A DNA stretch of 64,000 nt from Patescibacteria group bacterium (GTDB lineage Bacteria; Patescibacteriota; Patescibacteriia; Magasanikbacterales; GWA2-37-8): assembly GCA_041649475.1 (NCBI GenBank), contig JBAZNA010000001.1:611308-675307 (forward strand), in the 5' to 3' direction. The translations under genes were made by a program, and so were the position numbers. The notes under the pieces were generated by a model. That model was not told the DNA's origin. It worked only from the letters and a program-made list of their open reading frames with translations, and searched no databases. Within the stretch, counting starts at the first letter, position 1. Each line of letters opens with the position of its first letter. Shown piece by piece: positions 38,993 through 48,241 of the stretch.

Positions 38993-39394
38993 ATGAAACT
39001 GAGTATTTATTCAGATGGCGGGGCGCGCGGAAATCCGGGACCGGCCGCCGCAGGCATTGTTATAAAAAATGAAGCCGAAAAAACCGTGGCTGAATTTGGC
39101 GAATTTTTGGGTGAACAAACCAATAATTTTGCCGAGTACTCGGCTCTGATTTTAGGACTAAAAAAAGCCAAAGAGTTGGGCGCCGCTGAAGTGGAGTGTA
39201 TTTTGGACAGTGAACTGGTGACCAAACAGATGCGCGGCGAATACAAAGTACGCGAGCCCAATTTGCAAAAATTATTTGTCCAGGCCTATAACGCGGCCAG
39301 TCAGTTTAAAAAAGTGGCATATAAACACACTCTGCGGGCCGGAAATAAGGAAGCGGACGACTGGGTAAATAAAACTTTAGACCAAATAAGGTAA
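38993..39394 (+). CDS. rnhA: Ribonuclease HI
   Basis: RNase H fold with catalytic residues within DGGARGNPGPAA, E in NNFAEY, D in LDSEL and a C-terminal D. Confidence 0.85.
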   Translation: MKLSIYSDGGARGNPGPAAAGIVIKNEAEKTVAEFGEFLGEQTNNFAEYSALILGLKKAKELGAAEVECILDSELVTKQMRGEYKVREPNLQKLFVQAYNAASQFKKVAYKHTLRAGNKEADDWVNKTLDQIR

Positions 39395-39395
39395 T

Positions 39396-39465
39396 AAAAG
39401 AGGGAGAGAAAAAGTTTTTCGCCAAGCTTCGCTAGTGCTCAAAACTCTTTCTCTCCCTCTTTTTT
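39396..39465. repeat. Palindromic intergenic repeat element, copy B (core in inverted orientation: CGCCAAGCTTCGCTAGTGCTC)
   Basis: Arms AAAAGAGGGAGAGAAAAAGTTTT and AAAACTCTTTCTCTCCCTCTTTT have 1 mismatch between them and match the arms of copies A and D. The element lies between convergent rnhA and the secreted-protein gene. Confidence 0.8.
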
Positions 39466-39471
39466 AGTTAA

Positions 39472-40152
39472 TTACTGTTTAATCAAACGTACCGTTTTGG
39501 CCGTATAAACAGTTTTGGTATTGCTGTTAATCAGTCCGCTGACCGCAACGGTGCTGCTCACGGTAAAATTTGACAATGTCGGATTGGTGACTTTGGCCAC
39601 TTTGAACTTTGTGTTAGCATCGGTCTTTACTGTCACTACAGTCGCGTTGTGTTTGCCATAAGCGAACACAAAACTTCCGCTGGCTGTGTCTATGGAAACA
39701 ATTTTGCCGGTTCGTGAAAATACATGAATGGAATTATCTTTTACAAGCTGGGCGGTCACCGTGCCGTCTTGGTTGGTCTTAGCTATAACGCTCACCGCGT
39801 CGCCAATTTGCAATTCAGACAATCCGGATTTGGCATAAAATTCTCTTATTACTCTGGTAGTGGAAGTAATCTGAATTGTTAAATTCTGGGTGGACGTAGG
39901 ATACGCACCGGTCCAATTTTTTAATTTCTTTGGTAACACTTTGTTAACGGTGATGACCATACTGGTAGGCGCGGTTGTGCCGGCCAAACTCACAATTTTG
40001 CCGGTCAAGGTAACGGCGCGGCGGGTAAATTTAGCCGCAGCAACCAACTTCGCCGGTTTTATTTTTGCATGTTCAGTGTTTTGCGCCAATGCCGGGGCTA
40101 CCAACATAAACGAAAACATGCTGATCAAAACTATTGTAAATATTTTTTTCAT
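39472..40152 (-). CDS. Secreted hypothetical protein (possibly DUF5666-like), last gene of the heat-shock/ECF operon
   Basis: Signal peptide and a Thr/Val-rich beta-strand composition. Follows directly after the anti-sigma-like gene. Confidence 0.4.
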   Translation of the reverse strand: MKKIFTIVLISMFSFMLVAPALAQNTEHAKIKPAKLVAAAKFTRRAVTLTGKIVSLAGTTAPTSMVITVNKVLPKKLKNWTGAYPTSTQNLTIQITSTTRVIREFYAKSGLSELQIGDAVSVIAKTNQDGTVTAQLVKDNSIHVFSRTGKIVSIDTASGSFVFAYGKHNATVVTVKTDANTKFKVAKVTNPTLSNFTVSSTVAVSGLINSNTKTVYTAKTVRLIKQ

Positions 40153-40160
40153 ATGGCTAA

Positions 40161-40760
40161 TTAATTATTATAATTATTATCCCTATTTATTTGCCTGTCC
40201 GACCTATGCAGGCCTTCATTAAATTTAAAATTTGAATTATTTTTTAATTTATTTTTTATTTCCGTGCGTAATTTGAGAACTTTGTTGTTTTGAGGATTTA
40301 TTTTTTCCAATTTTTTGTCCACCTTCTGCAATTTATCGGCAACCTTTTGTATTTGCTTATCAACAGAATCAAGCTTTTGTCCGCGCTTTTTAATTACCAC
40401 GGCTTCGGCCTCGCGCTTATCAATTTGTTTTAACAAAAATTTAGCTTTGGCTTCCGGAGTCACCTGCACTGTTTCTTCAACTTTTTCAATCTCCTGTTTA
40501 ATCGGGTAAAGCGGAGTGCCTTCAGTTACATCCGGACTGGTGTAAGCATAGGAGCCGGTAACCAAACTGGCGCCGATAATAACAACAGAAGTAAAAGCAA
40601 CCGCTCTTTTAAACCAAACGGTTTGGTACCAATTCAGTTGAGTCGCGTATTTCTTTTGCCAAGCCGAGTCCAATTTGGCTTTTAAAGCAATTTTAAATTT
40701 ATTGTCCGGCGACAAATCCCTCTGTGCTTTCCATAAATTGTATCTGGCTTTGAAGTTCAT
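40161..40760 (-). CDS. Anti-sigma-factor-like single-pass membrane protein (DUF5667-like)
   Basis: Cytoplasmic N-terminus, TM helix, extracytoplasmic coiled-coil K/E-rich region. Located immediately downstream of an ECF sigma factor. Confidence 0.4.
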   Translation of the reverse strand: MNFKARYNLWKAQRDLSPDNKFKIALKAKLDSAWQKKYATQLNWYQTVWFKRAVAFTSVVIIGASLVTGSYAYTSPDVTEGTPLYPIKQEIEKVEETVQVTPEAKAKFLLKQIDKREAEAVVIKKRGQKLDSVDKQIQKVADKLQKVDKKLEKINPQNNKVLKLRTEIKNKLKNNSNFKFNEGLHRSDRQINRDNNYNN

Positions 40761-40763
40761 AAT

Positions 40764-41285
40764 TTACTCGTTTTGGGCGAATTTAGAAAGTTTTTTTATG
40801 GCCCGATGGGCCGCTACTTTAACCGCCGTTTCCGTCATGCCTTTCATTTCCGCGATTTCTAAATAGCTATACCCAAAAATATAATGAAAGGTTACAATTT
40901 CACGGGTATTTTCGTCTAATTTGGCTAATAATTCATAAATTTCTTTTTTTATTGATTCTTTTTTAAAGGCGCGCGAGGCCAAATTCAGCCAAAAACTATC
41001 AACATTTTCGTCTGTTTCTTCCGGCAATGAGCCGACCGGCTTTTTATCCCGGTAGTAGTTAGCCATGTGATTTTTGCAAATTGTCATGATCCAGGCGGAT
41101 TGGCTGATTTTTGGGTCATAGGTCTCAAAATGCTCCAGGGCTTTCATAAAAATTTCCGATACCAAATCCTCGGCCAGTTCTTTATTGGCGCTAACGCGAA
41201 AAAAGACAAAGCGGTAAACTTTGTCTAAATGGGTTTGATAGAATTTTTCAAAATCGTGCTTTTTCACACTATCATTATAACTCAC
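40764..41285 (-). CDS. ECF-type RNA polymerase sigma-70 family factor
   Basis: Region 2 ([17 protein letters not shown]....AEDLVSE.F.K) and region 4 HTH ([28 protein letters not shown]). The start overlaps dnaJ by 11 nt. Confidence 0.8.
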   Translation of the reverse strand: MSYNDSVKKHDFEKFYQTHLDKVYRFVFFRVSANKELAEDLVSEIFMKALEHFETYDPKISQSAWIMTICKNHMANYYRDKKPVGSLPEETDENVDSFWLNLASRAFKKESIKKEIYELLAKLDENTREIVTFHYIFGYSYLEIAEMKGMTETAVKVAAHRAIKKLSKFAQNE

Positions 41286-42426
41286 TTTTCAAATCATCCA
41301 AAATCTTACGGGCGTTTTTGTTTAAATGTTTGGGCACGCGGATTTTTATTTTCACATACTGGTCTCCCCTGCCGTTGTCATTTAAATGCCCAACGCCTTT
41401 ATTTTTTAATCTGATCAATTGCCCGGATTCGGTGCCTTCCGGAACCACTAACCGAGTTTGCCCTTCAAGTGTTTCAATATTTATGGTGTCGCCGAGCACA
41501 GCTTGCGGAAAATTTATTTCGGCCTCGATGTAAATATCATACCCCTCGCGTTTGAATCCTTTTAGCGGCCTGACGTGAACCAAGACATACAAATCACCGG
41601 ACGAACCGCCGCGGCCTGCCGCTTCGCCGTGGCCGGAAAGGCGGATTGATTGACCATCATCAATGCCAGCCGGAATTTTTACTTTTATTTCCGAGTTGGA
41701 AGTGATCACGCCCGAGCCGTTGCAGTGTTTGCATTTTTTACTCGGCTTCTCGCCTTGGCCGTGACAATCCGGGCAAGTGGTGACGGTCTGCATTGTGCCC
41801 AAAAATGTCCGTTGGTTTTGCACAACTTGTCCTTGGCCGTGACAGGTCGGACAATTTTCCATCTTACTCCCCGGCTCGGCGCCAGTGCCACCGCAGACAT
41901 CACATTTATTTTGTTTTCGCAGTGATATTTGTTTTTCCACGCCAAAGGCCGCTTCTTTAAAATCTATCTGCGCGTCAATTTGAATATCGCGGCCGCGGCT
42001 TTGTCCACCGCGCCTGGAACCTCCTCTGGAACCGCCGCCGCCAAAACCGAACAAGTCCCCAAACATGTCGTTTAAATCCATCCCGCCAAAATCAAAAGAA
42101 AAATTTTGGAAACCACCCTGGCCACCGGCGCCGCCCTGACCGCGGGCTGCGCGCATGAAATCTTCCCATGTCATGCCCTGACCAAAACCGCCCTGCTGTT
42201 CAAAATCAGAGCCAAACTGATCATAGCGCTTGCGTTTTTCCGCGTCACCCAAGACCTGATATGCCTCATTCACTTCTTTGAATTTGGCCTCGTTCCCGCC
42301 CGGTCTGTCCGGGTGATGTTCCATGGCCGCCTTCTTAAAGGCCTTTTTTATATCATCTTGTGAAGCGTTTTTATCAACTCCGAGAATTTTGTAATAATCT
42401 TTTCCCATAACGAAGTTACTAGCCAA
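41275..42426 (-). CDS. dnaJ: Chaperone DnaJ
   Basis: J-domain with HPD, a G/F-rich region, four CxxCxGxG zinc-finger repeats and a C-terminal domain. Confidence 0.95.
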   Translation of the reverse strand: MASNFVMGKDYYKILGVDKNASQDDIKKAFKKAAMEHHPDRPGGNEAKFKEVNEAYQVLGDAEKRKRYDQFGSDFEQQGGFGQGMTWEDFMRAARGQGGAGGQGGFQNFSFDFGGMDLNDMFGDLFGFGGGGSRGGSRRGGQSRGRDIQIDAQIDFKEAAFGVEKQISLRKQNKCDVCGGTGAEPGSKMENCPTCHGQGQVVQNQRTFLGTMQTVTTCPDCHGQGEKPSKKCKHCNGSGVITSNSEIKVKIPAGIDDGQSIRLSGHGEAAGRGGSSGDLYVLVHVRPLKGFKREGYDIYIEAEINFPQAVLGDTINIETLEGQTRLVVPEGTESGQLIRLKNKGVGHLNDNGRGDQYVKIKIRVPKHLNKNARKILDDLKSEL

Positions 42427-42428
42427 AG

Positions 42429-42749
42429 TTACCTTTTCAGCCCGATATTAATTTCTGATTCCACTTCTCTTCTTAATTCTTCATAAAATTCTAAATTTTC
42501 TTTAGCAAAATCAACATCTTTCCAGTTGGGGTTATCTTCCGGCGGAATCCATTTAGTATTTTCGGCCATCTCTTCTTTAAGACCATCCTTTAAATCTTTC
42601 ATCAAATCCGAATTTTTTCTAACCGCGGCTATTGTGCCCCCTCTATATTGGGGTGTAGCAATTGCGCATCTTCCACAAAGCCCATGAGAAATTGGCTCCC
42701 CTGATGTACCAGCTTTTTCTCTTCCACAAACCATGCAAATGGATTTCAT
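42429..42749 (-). CDS. Small zinc-ribbon protein (CxxC-x15-CxxC) inserted between dnaK and dnaJ, hypothetical
   Basis: 106 aa with N-terminal CMVCG...CGRC and an acidic C-terminal helical region. Confidence 0.45.
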   Translation of the reverse strand: MKSICMVCGREKAGTSGEPISHGLCGRCAIATPQYRGGTIAAVRKNSDLMKDLKDGLKEEMAENTKWIPPEDNPNWKDVDFAKENLEFYEELRREVESEINIGLKR

Positions 42750-42752
42750 ATA

Positions 42753-44666
42753 TTATTTTTTATCATCAACAACCTCGCCCTCAATCGGGCCTTCTTCTTT
42801 CTTGGGACCTTGATCACCGGGGTTTGGGCCGGCCTGCGCCCCACTTTGTCCGGCCTGCCCCTGCTGGTACATCTTGGCGCCAACAACCTGCGCGGCTTTG
42901 GATAATTCTTCAGCCGCCTTTTTCATGGCCTCAACATCATCTTTATCTTTAACTTCCTTCATCTTGACCAGCGCCTCACTCACCGCTTTTTTCTCGTCAT
43001 CGGTAACCGCGATTTTCTTTTCCTCAATTTCTTTCATCATTTTTTCGGTTGTATAAACCATGGTGTCGGCCAAATTTCTGGTTTCAATCAGTTCCTGCTT
43101 TTTCTTATCTTCGGCCGCGTGCGCTTCCGCGTCTTTTCTCATGCGTTCAACTTCGTCTTTTGACAAGCCCGAAGATGACTCAATCCTGATTGATTGTTCT
43201 TTGTTGGTGGCCTTGTCTTTGGCTTTGACGTTCAAAATGCCATTAGCATCAATATCAAAACTCACTTCCACCTGCGGCACACCGCGCGGAGCCGGCGGGA
43301 TTCCGTCCAGGATAAACTTGCCAAGAGTTTTATTATCACCTGCCATCGGACGCTCTCCCTGCAAAACATGAATTTCCACTGCCGGCTGATTATCGGCCGC
43401 CGTAGAAAAGACCTGTGATTTGGAAGTCGGGATGGTGGTATTTCTTTCAATGAGTTTAGTCATCACACTGCCAAAGGTTTCAATGCCGAGAGATAATGGC
43501 GTGACATCTAAAAGCAAAACATCTTTGACATCGCCTTTTAACACCCCACCCTGCACAGCCGCGCCAACCGCCACCACCTCATCCGGGTTCACACTGATAT
43601 TTGGCTTTTTGCCAAAAAACTTTTCCACAGTCGCGAGAACCAGGGGCATACGGGTCATACCGCCAACCATCACCACTTCATGTAAATCATTCGGAGTCAG
43701 CTTGGCATCGTCAAGCGCTTTGCGCACCGGCCCTAAAGTTTTCTCCACCAATTCCCCGACTAATTCTTCCAATTTTGATCGGGTCAGTTTCATCACCATG
43801 TGCTTTGGACCGCTTGAGTCAGAAGTAATAAACGGCTGATTGATTTCCGATTCCTGGGCCGTTGAAAGTTCAATCTTGGCTTTTTCGGCCGCTTCTCTTA
43901 TGCGTTGAAGTGCCAATGGATCTTTACTCAAATCAATCCCCTGGTCCTTTTTGAATTCATCCAAAATCCATTGAATAATCACCTGGTCAAAATCATCGCC
44001 GCCCAGATGAGTATCGCCGTTTGTTGAGAGCACCTGAACATTATCCGGCGCCACTTCCAAAATGGAAATATCAAAAGTTCCGCCGCCCAAATCATAGACC
44101 GCAATTTTTTGTTCGGTTTTTTTATCAAAACCATAAGCAAGCGCGGCCGCGGTCGGCTCGTTGATAATTCGCAGAACCTCCAAACCGGCAATTGCTCCGG
44201 CATCTTTGGTGGCCTGACGTTGTGAATCATCAAAATATGCCGGCACGGTAATTACCGCTTCAGTGATTTTTTCTCCCAAGCGTTCTTCGGCGTCAGCTTT
44301 CATCTTTCCCAAAATCATGGCCGAAATTTCCTGCGGGGAATATTCTTTGCCTTGCATCGCAACCTTCACGCCGCCGCCGGCATTAACAATTTTATACGGC
44401 ATGAGTTTAAGGTCGCGCTGGACTTCGGCGTCTTCCCATCTGCGGCCAATCAAACGCTTGATTGAATACAGCGTGTTTTCCGGATTGGTGACGGCCTGGC
44501 GTTTGGCCAGTTGGCCAACCAGCCGCTCGCCATTTTTGGAAATGGCCACAACCGACGGCGTGGTGCGCGCGCCTTCTTTATTTTCCAAAACCTTTGGCTG
44601 GCCGCCTTCTATAATGGCCATGCATGAATTAGTTGTACCGAGATCTATTCCGAGAACTTTGGACAT
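42753..44666 (-). CDS. dnaK: Chaperone DnaK (Hsp70)
   Basis: Full-length Hsp70 with motifs [18 protein letters not shown] and the EEVD-less bacterial C-terminus. Confidence 0.97.
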   Translation of the reverse strand: MSKVLGIDLGTTNSCMAIIEGGQPKVLENKEGARTTPSVVAISKNGERLVGQLAKRQAVTNPENTLYSIKRLIGRRWEDAEVQRDLKLMPYKIVNAGGGVKVAMQGKEYSPQEISAMILGKMKADAEERLGEKITEAVITVPAYFDDSQRQATKDAGAIAGLEVLRIINEPTAAALAYGFDKKTEQKIAVYDLGGGTFDISILEVAPDNVQVLSTNGDTHLGGDDFDQVIIQWILDEFKKDQGIDLSKDPLALQRIREAAEKAKIELSTAQESEINQPFITSDSSGPKHMVMKLTRSKLEELVGELVEKTLGPVRKALDDAKLTPNDLHEVVMVGGMTRMPLVLATVEKFFGKKPNISVNPDEVVAVGAAVQGGVLKGDVKDVLLLDVTPLSLGIETFGSVMTKLIERNTTIPTSKSQVFSTAADNQPAVEIHVLQGERPMAGDNKTLGKFILDGIPPAPRGVPQVEVSFDIDANGILNVKAKDKATNKEQSIRIESSSGLSKDEVERMRKDAEAHAAEDKKKQELIETRNLADTMVYTTEKMMKEIEEKKIAVTDDEKKAVSEALVKMKEVKDKDDVEAMKKAAEELSKAAQVVGAKMYQQGQAGQSGAQAGPNPGDQGPKKEEGPIEGEVVDDKK

Positions 44667-44701
44667 AATTTTAAAATAAGTTAATTTTTAATTATTTATT
44701 T

Positions 44702-45019
44702 TTATGATTTTTCGGCTTTTGGCGCGGTAATTTTCAAAACTCCATCCTGAAATTCGGCGCTGACCTTATCTTCCAACACTGCTGTCGGCAAAGCCACTTC
44801 CCGGTAAAACGCACCGCTTCTAATTTCTTTGCGGTAATAATTTTTTTCATCAACCTCATGTTCGTTTTTTGATCCGCCTTTAATCACCAACACGCCTTTT
44901 TCTACACTTATACTAACATCTTCCGGCTTGATTCCGGCCAAAGGCAATTTCACCACTACATCCTTGTCGGTTTCATACATATCCATTGCCGGCACAAATG
45001 CCCAAGGAATGATATTCAT
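44702..45019 (-). CDS. Hsp20/alpha-crystallin family small heat-shock protein
   Basis: 105-aa alpha-crystallin domain with the A.F.DGVL.I..PK motif. Confidence 0.85.
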   Translation of the reverse strand: MNIIPWAFVPAMDMYETDKDVVVKLPLAGIKPEDVSISVEKGVLVIKGGSKNEHEVDEKNYYRKEIRSGAFYREVALPTAVLEDKVSAEFQDGVLKITAPKAEKS

Positions 45020-45046
45020 ATAAATTAAAGTTAAAAGTCAGTTAAA

Positions 45047-45924
45047 TTATTTAGCAATTATTACTCTGGCGGGCCTAACTACCCTATCTCCCATTTTATA
45101 ACCGCCAGAAACCTCTTTCAAAATCGTGTCTGCGTCAACCTCTTCATTTTCTTCCTCGCCAACCGCTTCGTGATATTTCGGATCAAACTTTTCGCCCACA
45201 GTTTTTATTTCCTCCAAATTATGCGCTTTCAAAATATCTCCAAACTGCTTCATTATATGTCCAACTCCTTCTGACCATTGTTTCCAGCCATTTTCTTCAT
45301 TCATCTGCTCCCGGTGCGCAAACGCCTTTTTAAAATTTTCATAAACCGGTATGAATTCTTCCAAAATTTGCAGTTCGCTCATTTTCACCCACTCACCGCG
45401 TCTGGCCGCAATTTCATTCTGTAAATTTTTGTAATCGGCCAAAGCCCTCTGCCAACCCTTTTTATATTCTTCAGTTTCCAGCATTTTTTTATACATTTTT
45501 ACATTTTCTTTAATCGTCTCATGTATATCTTTCTTTTCCAGAATTTCATCCGGTGAAAGCCAAACTACTTCTGTCCCTTCCTCACCATCTAATTTAATTT
45601 CATTTTTATTTGATACTAGATCAACCAAATAATTTAAGGCAATAAAATGATCCTTACCATCTTTATAATCTTTATCATGAACAAGATCAAAAGCATTTAA
45701 CAGACGTGGGTTTTCCACAACTGCGCCGGTTTCTTCTTCAACTTCGCGGAGTAGTGCATCCTGAACTTTCTCTCCCCACTCCACATGTCCGCCTGGGATT
45801 GTTAATTTATTCTGCCATTTTGGGCTTTTCATTAAGAAAAATTTTCCATCCTGGCTAAGTATCATTGCCCCGGCCGATACCCATGGATATTTCTTTTCTT
45901 CTTTTTTATTTTGGTCATCTGACA
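45047..45924 (-). CDS. grpE: Nudix hydrolase-GrpE fusion protein (N-terminal Nudix domain, C-terminal GrpE nucleotide-exchange-factor domain)
   Basis: Nudix box GGHVEWGEKVQDALLREVEEETGA. C-terminal GrpE motifs: coiled coil, FDPKYHEAV, GYKMGDRVVRPARV. Occupies the grpE slot of the hrcA-grpE-dnaK-dnaJ operon. The true start is probably the ATG near 45924; the GTG at 45964 would sit inside repeat element C. Confidence 0.75.
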
Positions 45925-45935
45925 TATATTGTATA

Positions 45936-46002
45936 GGTAGATATTTATTAAGCATTTTGAGCACTAGCGATAGCTTGGCGAAAAATGCTTAATAAATATC
46001 TA
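45936..46002. repeat. Palindromic intergenic repeat element, copy C (core GAGCACTAGCGATAGCTTGGCG; divergent arms)
   Basis: Perfect 22-bp arms GTAGATATTTATTAAGCATTTT and AAAATGCTTAATAAATATCTAC flank the conserved core. Lies between hrcA and the Nudix-GrpE gene. Confidence 0.8.
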
Positions 46003-46016
46003 CATGTGAAATAATG

Positions 46017-46703
46017 TTAAATAATCTCTAAAACTTTTTTAAGTAAGACAAAATTATGCTTGTAATCCATCCGCTTCGGTCCCAGCAAGGCAATCAAACT
46101 TTTTCCGTTGCCGCCAAAACGCGCGGACAAAACGCTTAAAATCGGGCCGAACGGATGCTCCTTGCCGATAAAATATTTCGGCTCTTCGTCAACTTTATCA
46201 AAAAAATCTTCCAGACATTCTTCGCAGTGATCAAAAATGCTAGAAATATCCGCCACTAAATTCAATTCTTTAAATTCGGGCTTATTAAATAAATTTGACA
46301 GACCGGTATAATATATTTTTTCCAAAGAAAAGGCCAGAATAACGGTTTCATTTGAAAGTTCAACCAATGACTTAGCCAGATTTTTTCTGGAGATTTCGTA
46401 ATCAGAATCGCTTTTGGCCGCATTGGAAATAAAACTGGCATCGCGTTTTGAGATTCTCAAATTATCCGCTTTTAAATTATCAATATAATGATGATAGCCC
46501 TTTTCGGTTGGCACGCGGCCGGCCGAGGTGTGAGGATGGGTTAAAAATCCTTCTTCTTCAAGCGCGCGCAGTTCATTGCGCACCGTAGCTTCGCTTAATT
46601 TTAAACCGCCGGCGGAAATCAAAAAACGTGAGCCGATTGGCTCGGCATTAGCAATATAGTTTTCCATGACGAGGTTAAAAAGTTTTTCTTTGCGAGTATC
46701 CAT
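46017..46703 (-). CDS. hrcA: Heat-inducible transcription repressor HrcA (short form; true start ATG at about 46703)
   Basis: N-terminal winged-HTH region (SRFLISAGGLKLSEATVRNEL..LE..GFL..PHTSAGRVPT) and a CIRCE operator 17 nt upstream. The ORF track extends it to 46757. Confidence 0.85.
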   Translation of the reverse strand: MDTRKEKLFNLVMENYIANAEPIGSRFLISAGGLKLSEATVRNELRALEEEGFLTHPHTSAGRVPTEKGYHHYIDNLKADNLRISKRDASFISNAAKSDSDYEISRKNLAKSLVELSNETVILAFSLEKIYYTGLSNLFNKPEFKELNLVADISSIFDHCEECLEDFFDKVDEEPKYFIGKEHPFGPILSVLSARFGGNGKSLIALLGPKRMDYKHNFVLLKKVLEII

Positions 46704-46719
46704 AATATTGATACGGATT

Positions 46720-46746
46720 TTATCACTCAAAGCTTCCGAGTGATAA
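46720..46746. promoter_or_regulatory. CIRCE operator (TTATCACTC-N9-GAGTGATAA), HrcA binding site
   Basis: Perfect 9-bp inverted repeat with a 9-bp spacer. Each half differs by one position from the consensus TTAGCACTC-N9-GAGTGCTAA. It overlaps the -10 element of the upstream promoter, as in classical dnaK/groE promoters. Confidence 0.85.
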
Positions 46747-46773
46747 TATACCACCAAGCAAAAAAGCCGTCAA
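46745..46773 (-). promoter_or_regulatory. Sigma-A type promoter of the hrcA-grpE-dnaK-dnaJ operon (TTGACG-17 nt-TATATT)
   Basis: Read on the minus strand: -35 TTGACG, a 17-nt spacer, and -10 TATATT running directly into the CIRCE left half. Confidence 0.7.
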
Positions 46774-46800
46774 GAGGGGCACCATAGGCGAAAAATAAAT

Positions 46801-46857
46801 AAAAAAAGTCCCAACGAAACTCTGTCGGGACCGGACTGGGCGCCTCTATGAGCGCCC
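46801..46857 (-). terminator. Tandem hairpin rho-independent terminator downstream of the high-GC gene
   Basis: Hairpin GGGCGC-N8-GCGCCC sits right after the stop codon. It is followed by GTCCCGAC-N8-GTTGGGAC and a T7 run on the minus strand. Confidence 0.6.
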
Positions 46858-47538
46858 TTAGTTGTGCGGGGTACGCCGTCGGCGGCTGGCCGGGACGGAG
46901 ATCTCCAGCACCAGGGTGTTGGCGTTGATCTCCACGATCATACGCTTCTCCAGCTCATGCTGGCGGCGCTCCTCCTCCGGGAGCGATGCCGTGTAGAGCT
47001 CCTCTGCTGTCTTCTCATCCAAGGGGAGACCGGCCTGCTTCATCTCCGCGAACAGAACGGCTGCCTCCATGACCGTAACCGTGTTCTTGCCGGCCGCACC
47101 ACGACAGTAGCCGAAGCCGGCTTCCAAACTGTGGACCGGGTTGCTGGCCCGCTCACCGTTCTGGGTCATGACGTTGCCGTGCGGGTACTTGAACGGGCAG
47201 TTGGAACTGGAACAGGTCTGAAACTTGAACCGGGGCGTGATACCCTCCGTCGGAGGCGGTGCACAGCCCGCCATTCGCTCACAGACAGCGGCGAAGTCGG
47301 GCAGGAGTCCGGCGTCCCTCATCACGGCCTCCACCGCCGGCGCCTCATCGCTGGTGATCATTCCGCTCTTGATGGCCTTGTACAGAAACGCCTTGCCATC
47401 GGCCAGACAGATGACTGGATGGGGTTCAAGATCCTCATCCGTCACGAAACAACCGTAGGCAATACCGAGGATTTCCAAGAACAAGTCCTGGATACCCTTA
47501 AGGAACATCATAGACATGGTCGCCTCCCATTTCTCCAA
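46858..47538 (-). CDS. Hypothetical Cys-rich protein encoded in an abrupt high-GC (about 60%) segment; probable horizontally acquired gene
   Basis: 226-aa ORF with a diverse amino-acid composition and a strong SD (GGAGG) 6 nt upstream of the ATG. The antisense frame is also open, but its product is R/G/L-rich, typical of a high-GC antisense artefact. No family was recognised. Confidence 0.55.
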   Translation of the reverse strand: MEKWEATMSMMFLKGIQDLFLEILGIAYGCFVTDEDLEPHPVICLADGKAFLYKAIKSGMITSDEAPAVEAVMRDAGLLPDFAAVCERMAGCAPPPTEGITPRFKFQTCSSSNCPFKYPHGNVMTQNGERASNPVHSLEAGFGYCRGAAGKNTVTVMEAAVLFAEMKQAGLPLDEKTAEELYTASLPEEERRQHELEKRMIVEINANTLVLEISVPASRRRRTPHN

Positions 47539-47582
47539 AGTTGATAAGCTAAAAATACAGCTTTATACCAAAAATGTCAACA

Positions 47583-47651
47583 AAAAGAGGGAGATAGGAA
47601 GTTTTGAGCACTAGCGCCAGCTTGGCGAAAAACTTCTTATCTCCCTCTTTA
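47583..47651. repeat. Palindromic intergenic repeat element, copy D (core GAGCACTAGCGCCAGCTTGGCG)
   Basis: Arms AAAAAGAGGGAGATAGGAAGTTTT and AAAAACTTCTTATCTCCCTCTTT have 1 mismatch between them. The element lies between the SPFH gene stop and the high-GC gene start. Confidence 0.8.
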
Positions 47652-47660
47652 TTATTGGTA

Positions 47661-48233
47661 TTATTGACTAATCTTCCCTATTTCACTCAACAAAATATTT
47701 TCCACGTAAATCCCGCGTGCGTAAAATATGCGCTCCAGTTCATTCTTGAGTTCCATTTCCACCGCATCTCTCTTTGTAGCCACAATATCCTGATAATCAA
47801 ACTTGGAAAAAACCATGCGGATGCGGCTTCTAATGGTCGGTCGCACAATTTTTGAAACAAAATCCTCGCCGATGGTCTGCCAAATGGCCGGGATTTGGTG
47901 CACGTCTAACCGCAACAAAATAGTGCCTTCAGCGCTGATTCTGTGGCCGTCTTTGGTCACGGCCGCGATTGGAATATCACCCAGGGCTTTTTCATTTACC
48001 GCATTAAACTGCCTGTTAATATTGTATTCCAAGGTTTGGGTGTTGAACAATTTAGCTTTTTGCCAAAACGGAATTTTTAAATGCAGCCCCGGTGTTAAAA
48101 CCTTTTTCAAAACTCCCCTGCCCAAATCGTAAACGCAGGCCACATATCCGGGTGGAACGTGAATAAACAAGCCCTTTAAAACATCCTCCATTACGAACGA
48201 ATACATTAACTTATCCAATGAATCCTCGGACAT
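47661..48233 (-). CDS. SPFH/Band 7 domain protein (no N-terminal TM anchor)
   Basis: Band-7 core motifs (KIPFWQKAKLFNTQTLEYNIN...AVTKDG..I...TILLRL). Confidence 0.65.
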   Translation of the reverse strand: MSEDSLDKLMYSFVMEDVLKGLFIHVPPGYVACVYDLGRGVLKKVLTPGLHLKIPFWQKAKLFNTQTLEYNINRQFNAVNEKALGDIPIAAVTKDGHRISAEGTILLRLDVHQIPAIWQTIGEDFVSKIVRPTIRSRIRMVFSKFDYQDIVATKRDAVEMELKNELERIFYARGIYVENILLSEIGKISQ

Positions 48234-48241
48234 ATTTTAAA

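Noticed and set aside
46864-47544. 226-aa plus-strand ORF exactly antisense to the high-GC gene
   Set aside because: Its product is an R/G/L-rich low-complexity sequence with no RBS, typical of a high-GC antisense frame. The minus-strand frame has a GGAGG RBS and a normal composition.
23283-47651. Whether the four palindromic repeats could be a CRISPR array or CIRCE copies
   Set aside because: They are not direct repeats at regular spacing; they are 16, 6 and 1.6 kb apart and individually palindromic, so they are not CRISPR. The core GAGCACTAG differs from CIRCE (TTAGCACTC-N9-GAGTGCTAA) at 3 of 9 positions and lacks the 9-9-9 architecture. The genuine CIRCE is at 46720-46746.
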